DNA of 49,522 nt, the filler included, from Sphacelaria rigidula (lineage: Eukaryota), in the NCBI GenBank assembly GCA_964200075.2. It is 3 parts of 3 records of this genome, joined end to end, with 100 filler letters (N's around TTAATTAATTAA, not from the genome) between each part and the next. Parts side by side here need not be neighbours in the genome. Positions count along the whole stretch, not along the records: positions 1 to 16,443 come from CAXNAA020001357.1; 2 more parts are not named here. The stretch is one strand, 5' to 3'. The notes beneath the pieces were generated by a model. It saw nothing but the letters and a program-made list of their open reading frames with translations, made no database searches and was not told where the DNA came from. The position numbers were made by a program, and so were the translations under genes. Positions 1 through 13,448 of this stretch are shown in pieces. Within the stretch, counting starts at the first letter, position 1. Each line of letters starts with the position of its first letter.

Positions 1-3000
1 GGGAGAGATGGGTTGATCCCTTGAGACCACGGACTCATCCCGAGGAAGGGGAGGGGTTTAAAGTGTGAGGAAAAAAGAAAGTGTATATTCACGTGCGTGA
101 CTCGACGGAACGTAGTCTTATCCACACGTATGACACAGAACAGCGCCTTCATCCATGTATAGACCCAAAACATGAATCATTAGCGTACGCTGGATGACTA
201 TTCAGAGTGCTTTGTCCAGCACGTAATGCGGCAGTGTACTCCCCCTGTCGTGTCGTGCAACCCGCGTTTTCATCTGATAGTGTTCCGAGAGAGAAAATAA
301 TCAGAGTCAACACGTTTTTTGTCAATCTGGTTCGTGCTATCCATCCACTTTGACGTGGCGAGTGTTCCCAAAACACTTTACATCGGGTATACCTATTTGG
401 TGTGACCACAACTGGCTGGATTCGTAGCGGATTAGTGACAACAGTGCGAGACAATCCATCCACGCATCGATCAATAAATCAAGCATACGCGCGCGCGCCT
501 TGGCATGGTTGTATGACTCGGTGAGGACGACGCGGCACTTTCCTCTTCCCCCCTTCACAACGATAACGCCTTCCACGGTCCAGGTCCAGCCCTTGAAGCT
601 GCCGATACGAACTTGGTCTCCCTGGGAGAGAAACAAAAATATAATATATATAGCTGGAGGCGTTTTTGGTGGACGTTCATTTCATAAATGTGCGAACGGA
701 AAGAATCACTGTTTCTTCGCTGGGTACTTCAAACCATGGCTTTGTCCTTCGTTGGCGTATACTTCTCCGTCCCTTACTTCATGTATACGGCGTAAGATAA
801 GATGACGTCGGCAAGCCCGACTTCTAATTTTCTGCTCGGCGTCGCTCGTTCCTCAGGTGCTATGCGCCAACCAACGAGTGCTGGCACCTGACAGTCCACC
901 CTTTCGGTATTTCGGAGAGATTCTGGGTTGACACAAAACCAGGGGAAAAGTCTCGGAAACTGTAACATGCGTCCTTCAACGTATCGTCCTTCGGTTGGAC
1001 CACATGTTCATCGCGCAGCATCACGACGAAAACATGTGGATTTGATCGCCTCATCGATACAAATGCAATGTGTAACAAACAATGCCGGCTGATCCGATGC
1101 CGGATGAAAGAAATGTGAGGGAGGTGCCTGGGCAAAGATGAAAATGGACGGGCGGCGGTAGTGCTCGGGGCCGAAGTGCAAGGAAGGTGTCAGGGCAGAG
1201 GTGAAAATGGATGGGCTGCGGTATGTGACGAAATGACGCTGTCACGTTGAGTTCATAGTGATGATTGGGTGATTGATGACTGGGGATCTGTAGTGATGAT
1301 ATGGATGATGATATGGACATGGGGATGATCCCCCGATGTGGTTTATGGGGCCGCCTGGAAGGTCACTCCCGAACAATGAGAATGTTGTGAAAGCTGACAG
1401 CTAAAGCTGAAGCCAGTAAGACTGGGGAGTCCCTCAACAGAAGTGATCCAACAGTGCTTCCACTGGCTGGCGTCGCAGGTAGTGCTGGGATAATCGGATG
1501 CTGGAGGACGAAGTGCAAGGAAGATACCGGGGTACCTAGAGACATCCTGACATCTTGAAACTACCTCCGACTCTCACGAAACACCGCCGGGCATGGTGAA
1601 TTTCGAAAACATAACGGTGCGATGTCACTTTACCTTCTTGAGCTGCCATGACACGTCGTCTTCGGAGAGTGCCTCGTTCACACCCTCGGGACAGGATACA
1701 TTCGTGTCCAGCAGCACGGGCACCTGACACCGTGACCGAAACGCGGTAAGGGGCCCTGCTGGTTTTTCACACGGGTGTACGTTTTCTGTTTGAGAACGAA
1801 AATTCGCGACCCGGCTCACCTCGAAAAAAATGTACGTGTGATCTGTATACTGTACATGGCTTCTTTCTTGATCGTTCATCTCACCACACGCGTAGTGGAT
1901 AATCTGTTGTTGATGATCCGTAGTACGTAACTTGCATCAGCTCAGTCACATTTCAAGAGCAGCAGCCTCCGTACTACGGAAAACGATTGCAAGCTCGCCA
2001 TTTGAACGACCTCTACGAGACAGTATCTGAAGCAGGATTGACGACCTGTGTGGTCTGCCAAGTACTGCCCCTATGACCAACTTCAAGTGCTGTCCAGAGC
2101 GTGTGTTTCGAGCGCCTCGCCGCCGCGTTGTTCGAGTCCCGAAACCATCTTTGTGACAACATGGACCTCAGAAGCTGTTCCAAACAGGGCGTCACTATTT
2201 TTGGTGAACTGATGAAACAAAACGCGGCACAATTTTTCTTGCGCGGATACGCGGGGGAAGATGAGAAAAGGCATAGGCACTCTTTGCTGCATGAAATAAA
2301 TGCTCGGAACAGACAACCTTCACTCGTAGTTCACCCCGCTAAATCGGGGTTACATCATTACTCGTAACTGAATGAATAAATATTGGCATCTATTTTCTTA
2401 TAATGAACTGGAAACTACAACTTAGCCGCTAACCCTTCACTACCGACACCGTCTTAGCCGTGTGGTAAGGCCGGGTCATGCCTTGGTATCACTACACGAA
2501 GTGCAAGTGATTGCCCCGGGAACACTAAGGATAATGAGTTTGTAGTCTACATTTGAGCGGCCGAGTTTCTTCTTGTGGGCATATACTTCTGCGGCGACAC
2601 ATTTTCACTGCGTGCTTACTTCTCATTATACCAACCTAGCGGGCACAAACGACCAACACTTGAGCGTTCTCAATAATCAGGCCTGAAATGATTGGCATGC
2701 TGCCCAGAGTATGTAAGCAATGCGCTTACTGTTGGATCAAGGCTCGTTCTAAGGATTCGCCGACCGAAGGGAAAAAAGTAGCCTCCCGTGCAACGGGGGC
2801 ACCGTTCCTTTCAATGAAACCGGCGACTATCGAAACTGATGCGTATCAACACCCAGAGATCCATCGCGATAGGCGTAGCTTCGAGAGACCTACTTAGTCG
2901 TCTTGAGGTCCTGCAAACGCAACGGTCCCGCTTTGACGGCGACGGTAGTCGACCACCTTAATTGGAAAAACCGGGTTCACCAGGAGTACTTAGATGCCGG

Positions 3001-6000
3001 TTGGCGGCCGAAACAATATATGCTGTACTTGGTGAGTCATGTCGCCTAGGAGGACCGAACAAACAGTATTCTTCAGGGGCTATACCCGAGTGATTCTTGT
3101 AACGCTCTGGTATCATAAAATGCGCGGGTGGGGGGGGGGGGGGCGTACTCATTTGTTGCTTGCCTTAGTCGTTTGACCATTGACCACTGCGCGGGTGGGG
3201 GAGAGATCGTTGTTGATCTCTTCTTACATGGTTCGGCGGGAACGACGTCAGTTCAAGCAACGGATTCGGATTCGCAATCTACTGCACAAACACTCAACAG
3301 GATGAGGAAAAAGACGCAAAACAAATCTCCTCCGCCCACCGCGATATTGCCTCGCCCACGCTAGCCTATTACTTCGTCCATTGTCAGGCTGATAATTGTA
3401 CTACTGCAGTGCGTAATGTCTCTCGTACCCGTCACCTCATTAACTTTATCACCCCGTGCCCGACACGCACGTCTCCTGACGCCATGATGCAATTGCCCAA
3501 CTTGAACAAAAGGTGAAAGACTCCGCTACCTAGGACATGCGCGTATCCCGTGAGCACGCCTCGACAGAGGGTACACTTCCTGTCCCAACCGTAGATGCAC
3601 AGACATATCCTATCAAATCCCCCCATCACAGAATAAGTGAGGGTTTAAGTACCAGAGTAGTAAAACTAATCAGGGTGACGAAGCACAGTCTTGCGGAGAA
3701 CGAGGTTCATGAAGTTACCGCCTAATGTGCACAAGAAGCTATTGTACCCCGCCCCGCCCCCCGCGCGTGCACGCCCGCCGGAAACGTCTTTTAAGCCGCT
3801 GTTGCGCACCACCCACGGCTCCCGATTTAAAATGCATACGACACTATCGGCAAGGAAAACCAGCGATAACTCCAAAACTTCTGATGCTCAGACGTTGTTG
3901 GGGTCGATGGCGTTGCGATTGTCATGCGTCTTGTGCTTACCTTTACCACTCCAGGAAAACCACCACGAACTCTATTCAAGAATGCGCACCCATGGTCCCT
4001 TGTAGGGAGGTTCCTTCCAGCCCGGCCGCATGCCACCCCAGGCGTCACCTCCCACTCCACCGAACATGGCCCCGACCCCGCCATCACCGCCACCCCAGGC
4101 TCTGTGATTTTGATCCACGGGTCCTCCACGAGCTTTGTCACGCGCGCAGTGACCCTGGCGGTGCTCTTTACCCTGAGAGTAGGCATACACAACCCCACCC
4201 AAAGCCCAAATCGACCGAAACGAAAAAGAAACGTCAGCATAGCAGAACACTAGAGCGGCTAAACGTGGCATGTCCAGGCGACAAAGAGGCGCCCCACTAG
4301 CAGAGTTGGGTGAATAGGTAGTGGGGGGAAGGATTGGGAAGGGGTGTTGTCGTCTGCATGGCGTGGACCGCTGCGATGAACAAAGCGAGGGGCTTTGCAG
4401 TAGTAGGTAATCGGCAGTTTCCAGAGTAGCCCATGTCAAACGAGAAAAGCAGGAGGGGGCAAGTAGCGATTATTAAAATGGAGGCAGGAATAAGTTGGGT
4501 CAAGAAACCATCCCCACCCATTGTGGCATACGCTGGTAGGGCACACGATAGCAGCTGGTGTAGCGACAAGTAGGCCACGCCACCGTGGAATTATCGGGCA
4601 AAGTTCCGAGTACAAATTGCGGTGTGTTTACGCTCAGGGGGCGATCAGTATTCGTTATAGTGGTTAGCATGGCGCTGAAATGGCCTACCGTGCTGCAAAT
4701 CGGACGGGTCTTACAAACAAAGATAGCCCACAGCCAGGCGTAGCCGCACCCGCCGATGCGACGCTGGGTGGGAATAGTAACTGCCAGGCAAATGACCATG
4801 TGGTTGCCACTCTGAGCCCACCATCGGTACGCAGAAACGTGAAAAACGCTTCCGCAAACAAGACAAGTTATCTCGAGACGTATCCCTTGCAGCCCTAGCT
4901 CAACCGTACTGCCATGACCCGTAGAAATTTACAAGAGATATAGAAGGGGGATCGAGCCACTTCTTCCACGAAGGAGTCGTTCTGATGCATCGCTGCATGC
5001 AGCAGCACACTCTGTTTGAGCACTCTAGATATCGATACCATGGACGGAAACCCACACCGCGTTAAGATTGCACGACCACCCATGAAACTGCCCAATAGTG
5101 TGAAAGAGCGAGTGAGGTTGCAGATGCGCACTCACGAATCCTTGGTTCACTTTTTCGTGCACCATTGTTGACCGGCTTTGTGGCGTAGGATCACCAGACC
5201 GTTTTGATGGGGGTTTTGTATCTTTCTCATGTTTTTCGCTTCAGGTTATGTTCGCTTTGCTACTCGATGATCGTCTACCTCAAACCCGTAGCTAGGCCGT
5301 CTGTGTGTATCACTACCGCTCCCGTCCAGGCCGTCTCCACTGTCGGAGAAACACACAGTAGGAGAGGACGCATCATTCTTCTTACTCCTGTCGCGCGTGA
5401 GAACCTTCGGATTTCCGCCGGCCCTCCTGAGTACGCGCAGTTAGAAGGTACACAACACGTAAACACACACGCACATGTCCACGACAGACAACACCGTAAC
5501 ACGGTAAATATAATGATGTAATCGGTGGCGCTTAGAAGGCTTAAACGGAGAGACGACACGATAACAATGGCAAACTGCGCGAAATGCTTTGTGAGTTTGA
5601 TGATACCCTAATGGTGTTTTTTGCTGTGATGACCAGTTTCATTCACACTGAGCATCTAGCAATATAGCGCAAGGCTTGAGCGCCACTACAACTGACACAT
5701 ACATCTGTTCGATGACGATGAAGATAACTACGGGGAAGTAGCTCGTGCTAGTTTTTCTACTGCCGGAAATCAATCAATCTTCTGGAATCACGAGCGTTGA
5801 ATCGTGGTCTAAAGAAGGAGTCTCTTGATATCAATACCTCGAACAATTCAGGAGTGGTATTGAAAACCCGAGAATCAAAACAACTTTATCGGAATGTAAA
5901 GGCGGACTCATACTCGGGCCCTCAAAGGCGTGAAATATCTTGACCACTACAGATTCCTCCTTGCAACAAAGTTGCACCCAGTACGAAACCTGCGATCTCT

Positions 6001-6029
6001 GCTGCAACACTGAGTTTGTCTTCACGACA

Positions 6030-6216
6030 GACTAATGCCGAGATAGCCCCCCCACAAAAAGTGCACCAGCACCATCCAANNNNNNNNNNGAAATCAGCTG
6101 TAACGCCCAAATCAATCGCGTCGTGCAGCACGAAACCAGCTTTAACGGCAGTTATGATCATTGCCTCCGTGCACGTTTTCGGCCGGTTTTTTGGGGGGGC
6201 TATCTCGGCAGCAGTC
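6030..6216. mobile_element. MITE, GAC..GTC termini, 4-bp TSD (copy 1; superfamily unassigned, Sola-like TSD length)
   Basis: TIR GACTAATGCCGAGATAGCCCCCCC vs GGGGGGGCTATCTCGGCAGCAGTC. TSD GACA at 6026-6029 and 6217-6220. Internal sequence matches the copy at 41528-41779. Contains a short N gap. Confidence 0.85.
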
Positions 6217-8324
6217 GACATACATTTGTTATTCTCCATTCGAAATCTGCGTGCGAATCTCCGTCGCGGTACGGTAGTGAGACAGTGCCTGTATGTGTGC
6301 TGGGTTGACCTCGGTGGAAACATCATCATGTTACAATCGACCCGGCAACACGTTGCCTGAGTGCCTCTGAAACAAAGCATAACTCTTGTTTCTGATCATG
6401 AATGAAACGAGATACACCATCAATACTTCACGCTTCACCAGGCTTCGTGTGGGCTATAGCTGCCCCAACAACTATTTCGAGGACATGCTCCAGAGTATGT
6501 GGAATTTTTGTACGGGCCGATCCCTTACAGTCCCAACCGTCGAAAATACACCGTTATTCTTGAGGGAGAGTTATTTCGCCGTTGTATGTGGACCGGGATA
6601 GATACCCCGCCTACGTTTAACAGAGAAGCGATATCGCCGAAGCAGCTGAACCCATACGTCGACAATCTCCCCACGGGATTCACACATCGACCACTACTTA
6701 CTTAATCGCGGGGAGATCGCCCTTGGGGAGCTGCTGCTGTCGCTCCGTTCCGTGTCCGCCTGTCGGTGTTTTTTCCCATCGCGTGGCATGTTGGTGTGCA
6801 TGCATGCTAATTGATGAGACTGAATTCTTTGCATTTCAATACTAGAGTCCACGGGAATTTCGATGAATGAATCGTACTAAATGGTGTATGCAGGAATGTT
6901 TTCGCCCGGTAAGGCATAACGTCCCCCTCGATGTTTCTCGAAGACCTGGGCGCCATTGATACCAAATCGTGCTCTGTTTGGAAAACTTGCGTCCAAGAGA
7001 TGCGTGTGGACAGGCACTCTTGGCAGCGCTGGTGTTTCTATATTCCGAGAGGCTTAACAAAGATAGAATATTCCAAATCCAGCCAAGAAAAGGCATTGAA
7101 AAAAAATATATTGACAACCAGCAGACAAAGGTAATGTAAATCAGTGTTTCACTCCCTATTTCAAGTGGTGGCACTCATAAGGCGGTGTGGAACCCGTGAC
7201 TGTCTCTGGAAGTGGCGATACCAGAAAATCAAGCAACTCATTCGAGAATTTTATCCATATTCAACACAATCACTACGCTTCGGGTCGAACAATTTTAGCA
7301 GGATGCAGTTCACCCTTCATACGACTCGCCGAACACATCACGGTGCTTCTCGCTTGGTGATTGAGTGCGAGCCTGGTCTGGCGAAAACCCGGCGTGCTCC
7401 GTCCCGGCTTTGCAGGGATGCGAGGTCAATGATCATACGACTACAGGATGCAAGATCATAAGTACACCCCTCCCCGCCTATTCCAAGTTTGTTGGACTTC
7501 GACTTCGCAGCGAATATTGCTGACGTTTGACTTGTTGAGTCACCTACCAGGACACGGTCATTACACACCAGCAGATTGTTCTTCACAAATATCATTGTCG
7601 TGTGCTGGTAGCCGTGAGCGAAGTTGCAAGGTTAAATAGTTTACACCGTGCACTACACTCAAATCATCAGATGACACGATACGTGCTACAGTAGCCTGCA
7701 TGCAAACTGGGTCGAATTCTGTAATTCGGTAATTTTGGCGATCTGTCGCGTGTCATCGCTCACCACTGTGAGTGTTTGATCCCAAAGTTTGGGAATCGAG
7801 AAATGCTGATATCCCCTTCGAATTCCGAAGAAACAATTATTTCTGCACTCAATATTGAACGACTTGGGGGGGGACCGGTTCCCGGGGTCCTGTGACTAGA
7901 TAGCTCCTGGTTTCACTGTCCGGGTTTTCGCTCGACTGAACCAACCCCGATCGCTCTCGTAAACAGATACTCCATTCTTCTGAAATTCTACCTATTCATG
8001 GCGCTAGAGTCGAAGAACCGTATTTTTTATGCAATGACGGTCAAAATCACCCTCCTGATGAAGGAAGTATTAACTCCGTATCACCCCGACGACACCAATT
8101 TCGGAAGTATGCCCTGAACACAATCTGTTTATTTTCCAATATCTATCGACGCTAGAACTTTCGAGTGCTAAAACAAATGATATACGACGAGAAATATGAC
8201 AGAAAATACCCGGTTGCAAGACGTCGAGTGGTTGGGGAGCACTATGCCCCTGCACACCTGTTTTGTATTCGTATGGACCGCGGCAATAGGCGCTTTCCCT
8301 TGCACGTTATACTTGCGCTCAAAG

Positions 8325-10180
8325 TTAATCTGTAATAACACCGCACAGCTTAGGTAGAGGGCATGTAATTGCCGCGAAACGTCGCTTCGTGTGTTCCGTG
8401 CACTCGCCATAGAGAAACCTATCATTTTCGTCCGTACCATGGTCATCGCGAACTCCGATCATGTTCAAAGCCGGCACTTCCACCTCTGGCCACTCTTCGC
8501 CATTGCCCCCTCCACCTTGTTCCACGTGTCCCCGCGTGCCGCCAGGTTTTGTCTTTTTTTGCTTTTTTCTGCCCTTCTTCCCCGCGGAACTTGCAGAACG
8601 TACGAGCGTTGGGCGTCCGTTCTCAGGGTCGGCTGCATCTTCCTCGGTAAGTTGGTCAGATTCTTGTCGCAATTGTTTTCTTGATTCTGGGGAACCCGAC
8701 GGACTAGTGTCGTCTTTGGCACCGCCAACATCCCCGCCACGGCTGCCCCCGCCGGACTCGTCACGTGAAGAATACCTGGTGTCCTCTTTTCTGTATAAGC
8801 GCCCATGGGGTTCATCACTTCCATCTTCTCCCCGGCCTCCGGTGAGACCGGACGAGGGTCTGGTTGTATAGGACTTCAGTGCCTTTTCTTTGGCGTCTTC
8901 AGCAACGATAATGGTGGTGGCGAGTCTTATCAGAGCGGTGTCTATCCTCCGCGTACCAGGCTGCCCTCCACCGTCACTATCACCGTCGCCGACAACGCTG
9001 GCTTCCTTCCCCAATATTTCCCCTTCCCGAAGGGAAGTCCGCGCTGCGGGCGCCGACTTGTGGGCAGCGGCCGTGTCGTTGGCGACCACGGCTAATGTGT
9101 CGTCGAGGTTATGACCCAACAAAAACGGATTTCGAAATAATTTGGTATCCGGTGGAAATACGTCGACTAAAGCGGAGCCGAATTCCCCTGCAAAATCTGT
9201 GTCTGATGCCATTTTTGCTAGGTAGTTCAATCTTTGCGTGGGTTCCATACAAGTGCCTGGCGAAACGATCTCAGCAAAGCTCCGGTCCGTATCCTTGTCA
9301 TCATTCACGTGGTTATTGTCCACGCCGTTGTTGTTTCGGTTGCCTGGCAATGAACGTAGTGTCTCCCGGTTGTGCAGGTCTTTTCCGGGTGATGAAAGTG
9401 TGGTTGAAACAGAGGGGAAAGTGCACGATGGGGGGACCCACCAAAATGTTGGCCATGATGTTGCGGTGGTGTTGTGCGGCAGAGTGTCTCTACCGTCAAT
9501 ATCGCGACCCCGGCCACCACCGTCACTACCACCACCTAGTTGTGCGGAAGCCGTGTTTGCCCGTACAGCGGCGGGGGCGGAAGAAGGACTAACGGCGGGC
9601 AGCCGGTGCCCGCCTGCTGCACCGCTGGCATCGGCATTCTCGGCTGTCTTCCTCAGAAAGGATGTACCACTACAGGGCCAGTTTACTTGTTGTACCTTGT
9701 GGTGATCGCGAGCGAACGACCCCTGTGATAATGAATCCAGGTAGTCCCCGCGGCTATTTTCTTCGATTGGTGCGCTGCTGCTTCCGAAAGTCGAACCCGG
9801 TCGATTAACAACAGGAAGGCCATCATTTGACGATGCTGTTTCGCTCTCTCTTGCCCCTGCTGTTCCGGATTCGATGAGATGTGCCGAAGCCCGCCATTCT
9901 TGCACGGCCTGGACAGTTGCAAGGGATGCCTCTCGTAGAACCACGACGGCTGCTTGTACCTGCCGAATCGTGGGACCTGGTCCACCCGAGTTGTTCATCG
10001 ATATAAACGGCGTTGACAACATATCGGGGGTGCTTCCGGGTGACCCTATCGTACGATCCACAAGTAACATTTTTCTTTCCTTTGGTCCAAACCAAAGACT
10101 GCTTTCTATTCGACCCCAAGCCCGTAGCCCCGTCGTGGACAAAAGAGAAATCTCGGCTTTTTTAAGCTTTGTCGGGGATG
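8325..10180 (-). CDS. Large exon of a hypothetical protein (low-complexity G/S/D-rich; blocks LREASLATVQAVQEWR, NYLAKMASDTDF, LFRNPFLL)
   Basis: The 605-aa ORF extends in frame up to the acceptor tctAG|CATCC at 10180 and joins the phase-1 exon 10301-10457. The 3' boundary is uncertain: possible donor ATG|GTACGG at 8438, ORF stop at 8325. Confidence 0.75.
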
Positions 10181-10300
10181 CTAGATACCATCATGTGCGG
10201 GGGAGCAGCAGCTACCACCCCCTGCGAATGGGCAGCTGCATAGAATAACTGAAAGACAACCTCTACCCCCTCCCTGCCCCACTGTAGTCGAGCGACTCAC

Positions 10301-10457
10301 CAGTTCCCAGTGCTGCTGCGTAGGACGAGCTTGTTGCAGGCGGAAACAGTGTCGGGTTGTTGTCTGCTCTCGATGCATACAAGGTCCCGCTGGTGCTTAC
10401 TTCGGGCGGGAAAAGCACATCGCGAAGGGTTGCCAAACATCTCTCCCGCTCTTTTAC
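10301..10457 (-). CDS. Internal exon of the same hypothetical protein (VKERERCLATLRDVLFPP...AAALGT)
   Basis: Acceptor catgtAG and donor CTG|GTGAGT. 157 nt, phase 0 to 1, in frame with both neighbouring exons. Confidence 0.65.
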
Positions 10458-10819
10458 CTACATGAGTAGCATTCCGAGCCCGCGAGCGTATGAGCATGGT
10501 GAGGTTACTCGAGCAATAGCTTGGTGGCCTCTTTGAGAGAGTGGTTCCGCACAGGCCTCCGTGTGGAGACCGTCTGCGGTTCGGGCGAATGAGTGGCGGT
10601 GTAATTTTTTTCCGGGCGCTGTATCAACTGAATCCACGCCAAGAAAGTGATTCAATGTGTGGGGAAACAAGCGAGTACTTGTAGTCAGGTGGCATCTGAT
10701 TGAGTCACAACGATCATAGTGGGTCTACAAGCACTGAGTTCACTTAATCGTTTGTACAGCGTGGATGATTGACAAAGCCTCGTTGATTTCCAGCTGTATC
10801 CCACGACGTACATACAGAC

Positions 10820-11104
10820 CTTCTTATCCGCCGCGTCACGCAGGTCGGCAACGTGGCAGGGCGTAGCTGTAGCCGTAGTACTGAGCTGCTGTGGTGAGAA
10901 GATTGTTCGCGTAGATGGGACAACGCGAGCAGTACCACCACCGTTGCCACCGTGACTGCTGCTATCGTCACCCCAACCGGTGGCCACGTTTACGTCTACG
11001 CTGTACCTTGAACACCCAACGAAAAACGAGTGGTCGCTTTGAGAATTCGAAGCAACCGGCATCATCGTGGCTATTGCACGGGCTGTCAAAACTCTTGCCG
11101 GCCA
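10820..11104 (-). CDS. Probable upstream exon of the same hypothetical protein (...DLRDAADKK)
   Basis: Acceptor cgcgcAG|TGG and donor AAG|GTCTGT, phase 0. Open in the frame of ORF 10685..11089. Confidence 0.45.
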
Positions 11105-12832
11105 CTGCGCGGTGTTGAACGAATGGGGCGGACTATTGCCTCAAGGTACACAAATCTATGTGTCTCACTTCCATGTTGCTCGTCTCGTGTTCTTCCGCAG
11201 GATATTTACGAAGCTGTCGCTTACCCTTCTCCCTTAAGAAGCGCACGGACAACACCAACTACATGTGCGTGCTCTAACACAGGATTGTTGAAAGTACATA
11301 TGCATGCTCTAAATCACGGGCAGACACTATGCTGTGCGCCCAGAAACTCTGTAGACGTTGCTGGTGATACAGTTGCCCACAGTTGGCATGATACCCGAAA
11401 AACACGGCGATATCGAGTGTATCATCTTCTAGCCCACGTCCCTTTCCCCGTGCGGTCGACGAACTCCACGTGGCAAGGTATAGCACCCCCCTCGAAACAA
11501 GATTTTCAAAGTCGACATTCTGGAAGCTGTGGTGACCACGTCACCGAATGTGATCTCGATGGGGACACTTGTCGATCTATGTTGGTATACATGATCACCC
11601 TGTAGATATAAGCCTTGTTGCCTGTGAAAATGGGGGCTTAAAATATGACCACATGTACGCAGGTAATGTCATGACCGAATGCATTGATTGGTTGCACCGC
11701 GTTTTTAGGTAGCCCCGCGTAAGTTATGCCGCGTTTCTCGCAGGGGATACTGCAAAGTAGAACTCAAGACAGAACAACGGCACTCTCGTCAGGAATGGGG
11801 TCTGTAGCTCGCACATTATCTTGTGGTAAAGTCAATCGCCATGCCCTCATCCCTTGTTCCGCTGCTAATGTCCGTGGAGTTGGTGGTGGATCTCAACGCC
11901 ATTGTTCAGGTATGGGCTTGCCGCAGGTGTGTGACGTTTTCGGTGCAGCACCAAACGCCACGGGAGTTAACACCCCCTCTCCCCGCCGGTAGTTAGTTTT
12001 TGCTTCACCAAGCTAGATATCTCGGAGAATGAGGCCTTGTACTCCCGCTTTTTTTCACCAAACGTTTTTTTCAACATATTTTTCAGGATACACCTGCCGG
12101 TGGCGCAGCCTTGCATTGTAGCCGCCATCATTGCCGAGAGAACCGACCTTTGAAAAAAGTTAATCATGGGGGTGGTATACCCCGTTATCGATTGTTTGTA
12201 CCGTACACTACGCTTCAAGAATGTATCACAGTACAAAGCGGTGCCGTGAGTGCTGTGCAGTACAGTGTATCTAGTGCTTGGTAGAAGCTTTTCCCCACAT
12301 TTTCAATCGCCATGAAGAAAGAGGAAACAAGCAGGAGTCTGATGTTCATGTGCAAAGTGCGAGGGGGCGGTGATTGGTAAACGAGCAGAGTTCGACCTTT
12401 TTCCAAGACACCAAACAGCACACACGATTCTGCGGAGTGGGCGAAGGAACCTGCAGATTCTTCTCGGGGCCACAATGTAGCAAATGGGCGAGATATGGAT
12501 GTAACAAGCACGTCAGAGACCACGTCCACTCGAACGGCCCACACTGTTATGATCACGTGTCAAATTGTTGTGCTGCAATAGTGCGGTGGGCACATGTGTA
12601 GCACCCGTACTTACTGTGTTGGCCACACCATCATTAGAACAGAGTACGTTACTATTCTGTGTTATATTCACGTTTGTCTCACTTTCGTGTGTGATGGTCA
12701 CGTTGGTTTCACTCTTTTTGTTCCACTTCACTCCTTCTTCACTGTAGTATATTTTTCACGTTTCACTACGAGTATATACATATATAGCCAAGGACACAAT
12801 TCCGAAAATTCGAAGGCGATCCTGTAATGTTG

Positions 12833-13448
12833 CAAGGGCAAGTCGGGTAGGGTATGTGCCTTTGAATACATCTACCCAACGTTTGGGTACGTTAGGTTCG
12901 GCCTCAAATACTCTACCCAAACTTCAAGTAGATTGGGTACGGCCTCGAATACTCTACCCAAATTCTGGGTAGATTGGGTATGATCTTAAATTCTCGACCC
13001 AAATATTGGGTAAAACCTTTCAGCAATATCTGGTTATAGAGTAGCACTTGGATATGGTCTCGATACTCTACCCAATATTTGGGAAATCTGTCGAATTCTG
13101 GGCACGATTTTTACACTTTCCCCAAATTTGGGTAGATTGGATACGACCTCAAATACCCTACCCAAATATGGGTAAGCACTTGGTAATACTCAGGAATAGA
13201 GTATCACTTGGGTGTGATCTCAATACTTGACCAATATTTTGGGTTCATTGGGTGCGATGTCAAATACTCTACCCAAAGTTTGGGTATTAACCCTTAGACC
13301 ACGAGGTTAGTCTTCTCTTGAATCGGCATCAATTTCAAGTGAAAAAAAGTACGCATGATCCAGAAAGACTGATCTCGCGGTCTAACGGTTAAGGGTGTGA
13401 CTTTTCAAAATACCGAGTATCGGGTATACCCTACCCTACGTGCCCTTG
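12833..13448. mobile_element. hAT-type MITE with internal reiterated AATACTCTACCCAAA / TTGGGTA motifs
   Basis: TIR CAAGGGCAAGTCGGGTAGGGTAT / ATACCCTACCCTACGTGCCCTTG. 8-bp TSD TAATGTTG (12825-12832) / TATTGTTG (13449-13456), one mismatch. CA..TG ends with an 8-bp TSD are typical of hAT. Confidence 0.8.
13291..13388. mobile_element. piggyBac-type mini-MITE nested in the hAT MITE
   Basis: TTAA on both sides (13287-13290, 13389-13392). 24-bp imperfect TIR CCCTTAGACCACGAGGTTAGTCTT / AAGACTGATCTCGCGGTCTAACGG. Confidence 0.8.

Noticed and set aside
2958-5450. Further minus-strand exon candidates of the hypothetical gene (also 8060-8115 and 15982-16118)
   Set aside because: Plausible splice sites, but I could not chain them in phase or recognise homology.
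12860-13290. Repeat-spacer-like pattern suggestive of CRISPR
   Set aside because: Degenerate, alternately oriented motifs inside a TIR/TSD-bounded MITE in eukaryotic DNA; no cas genes.
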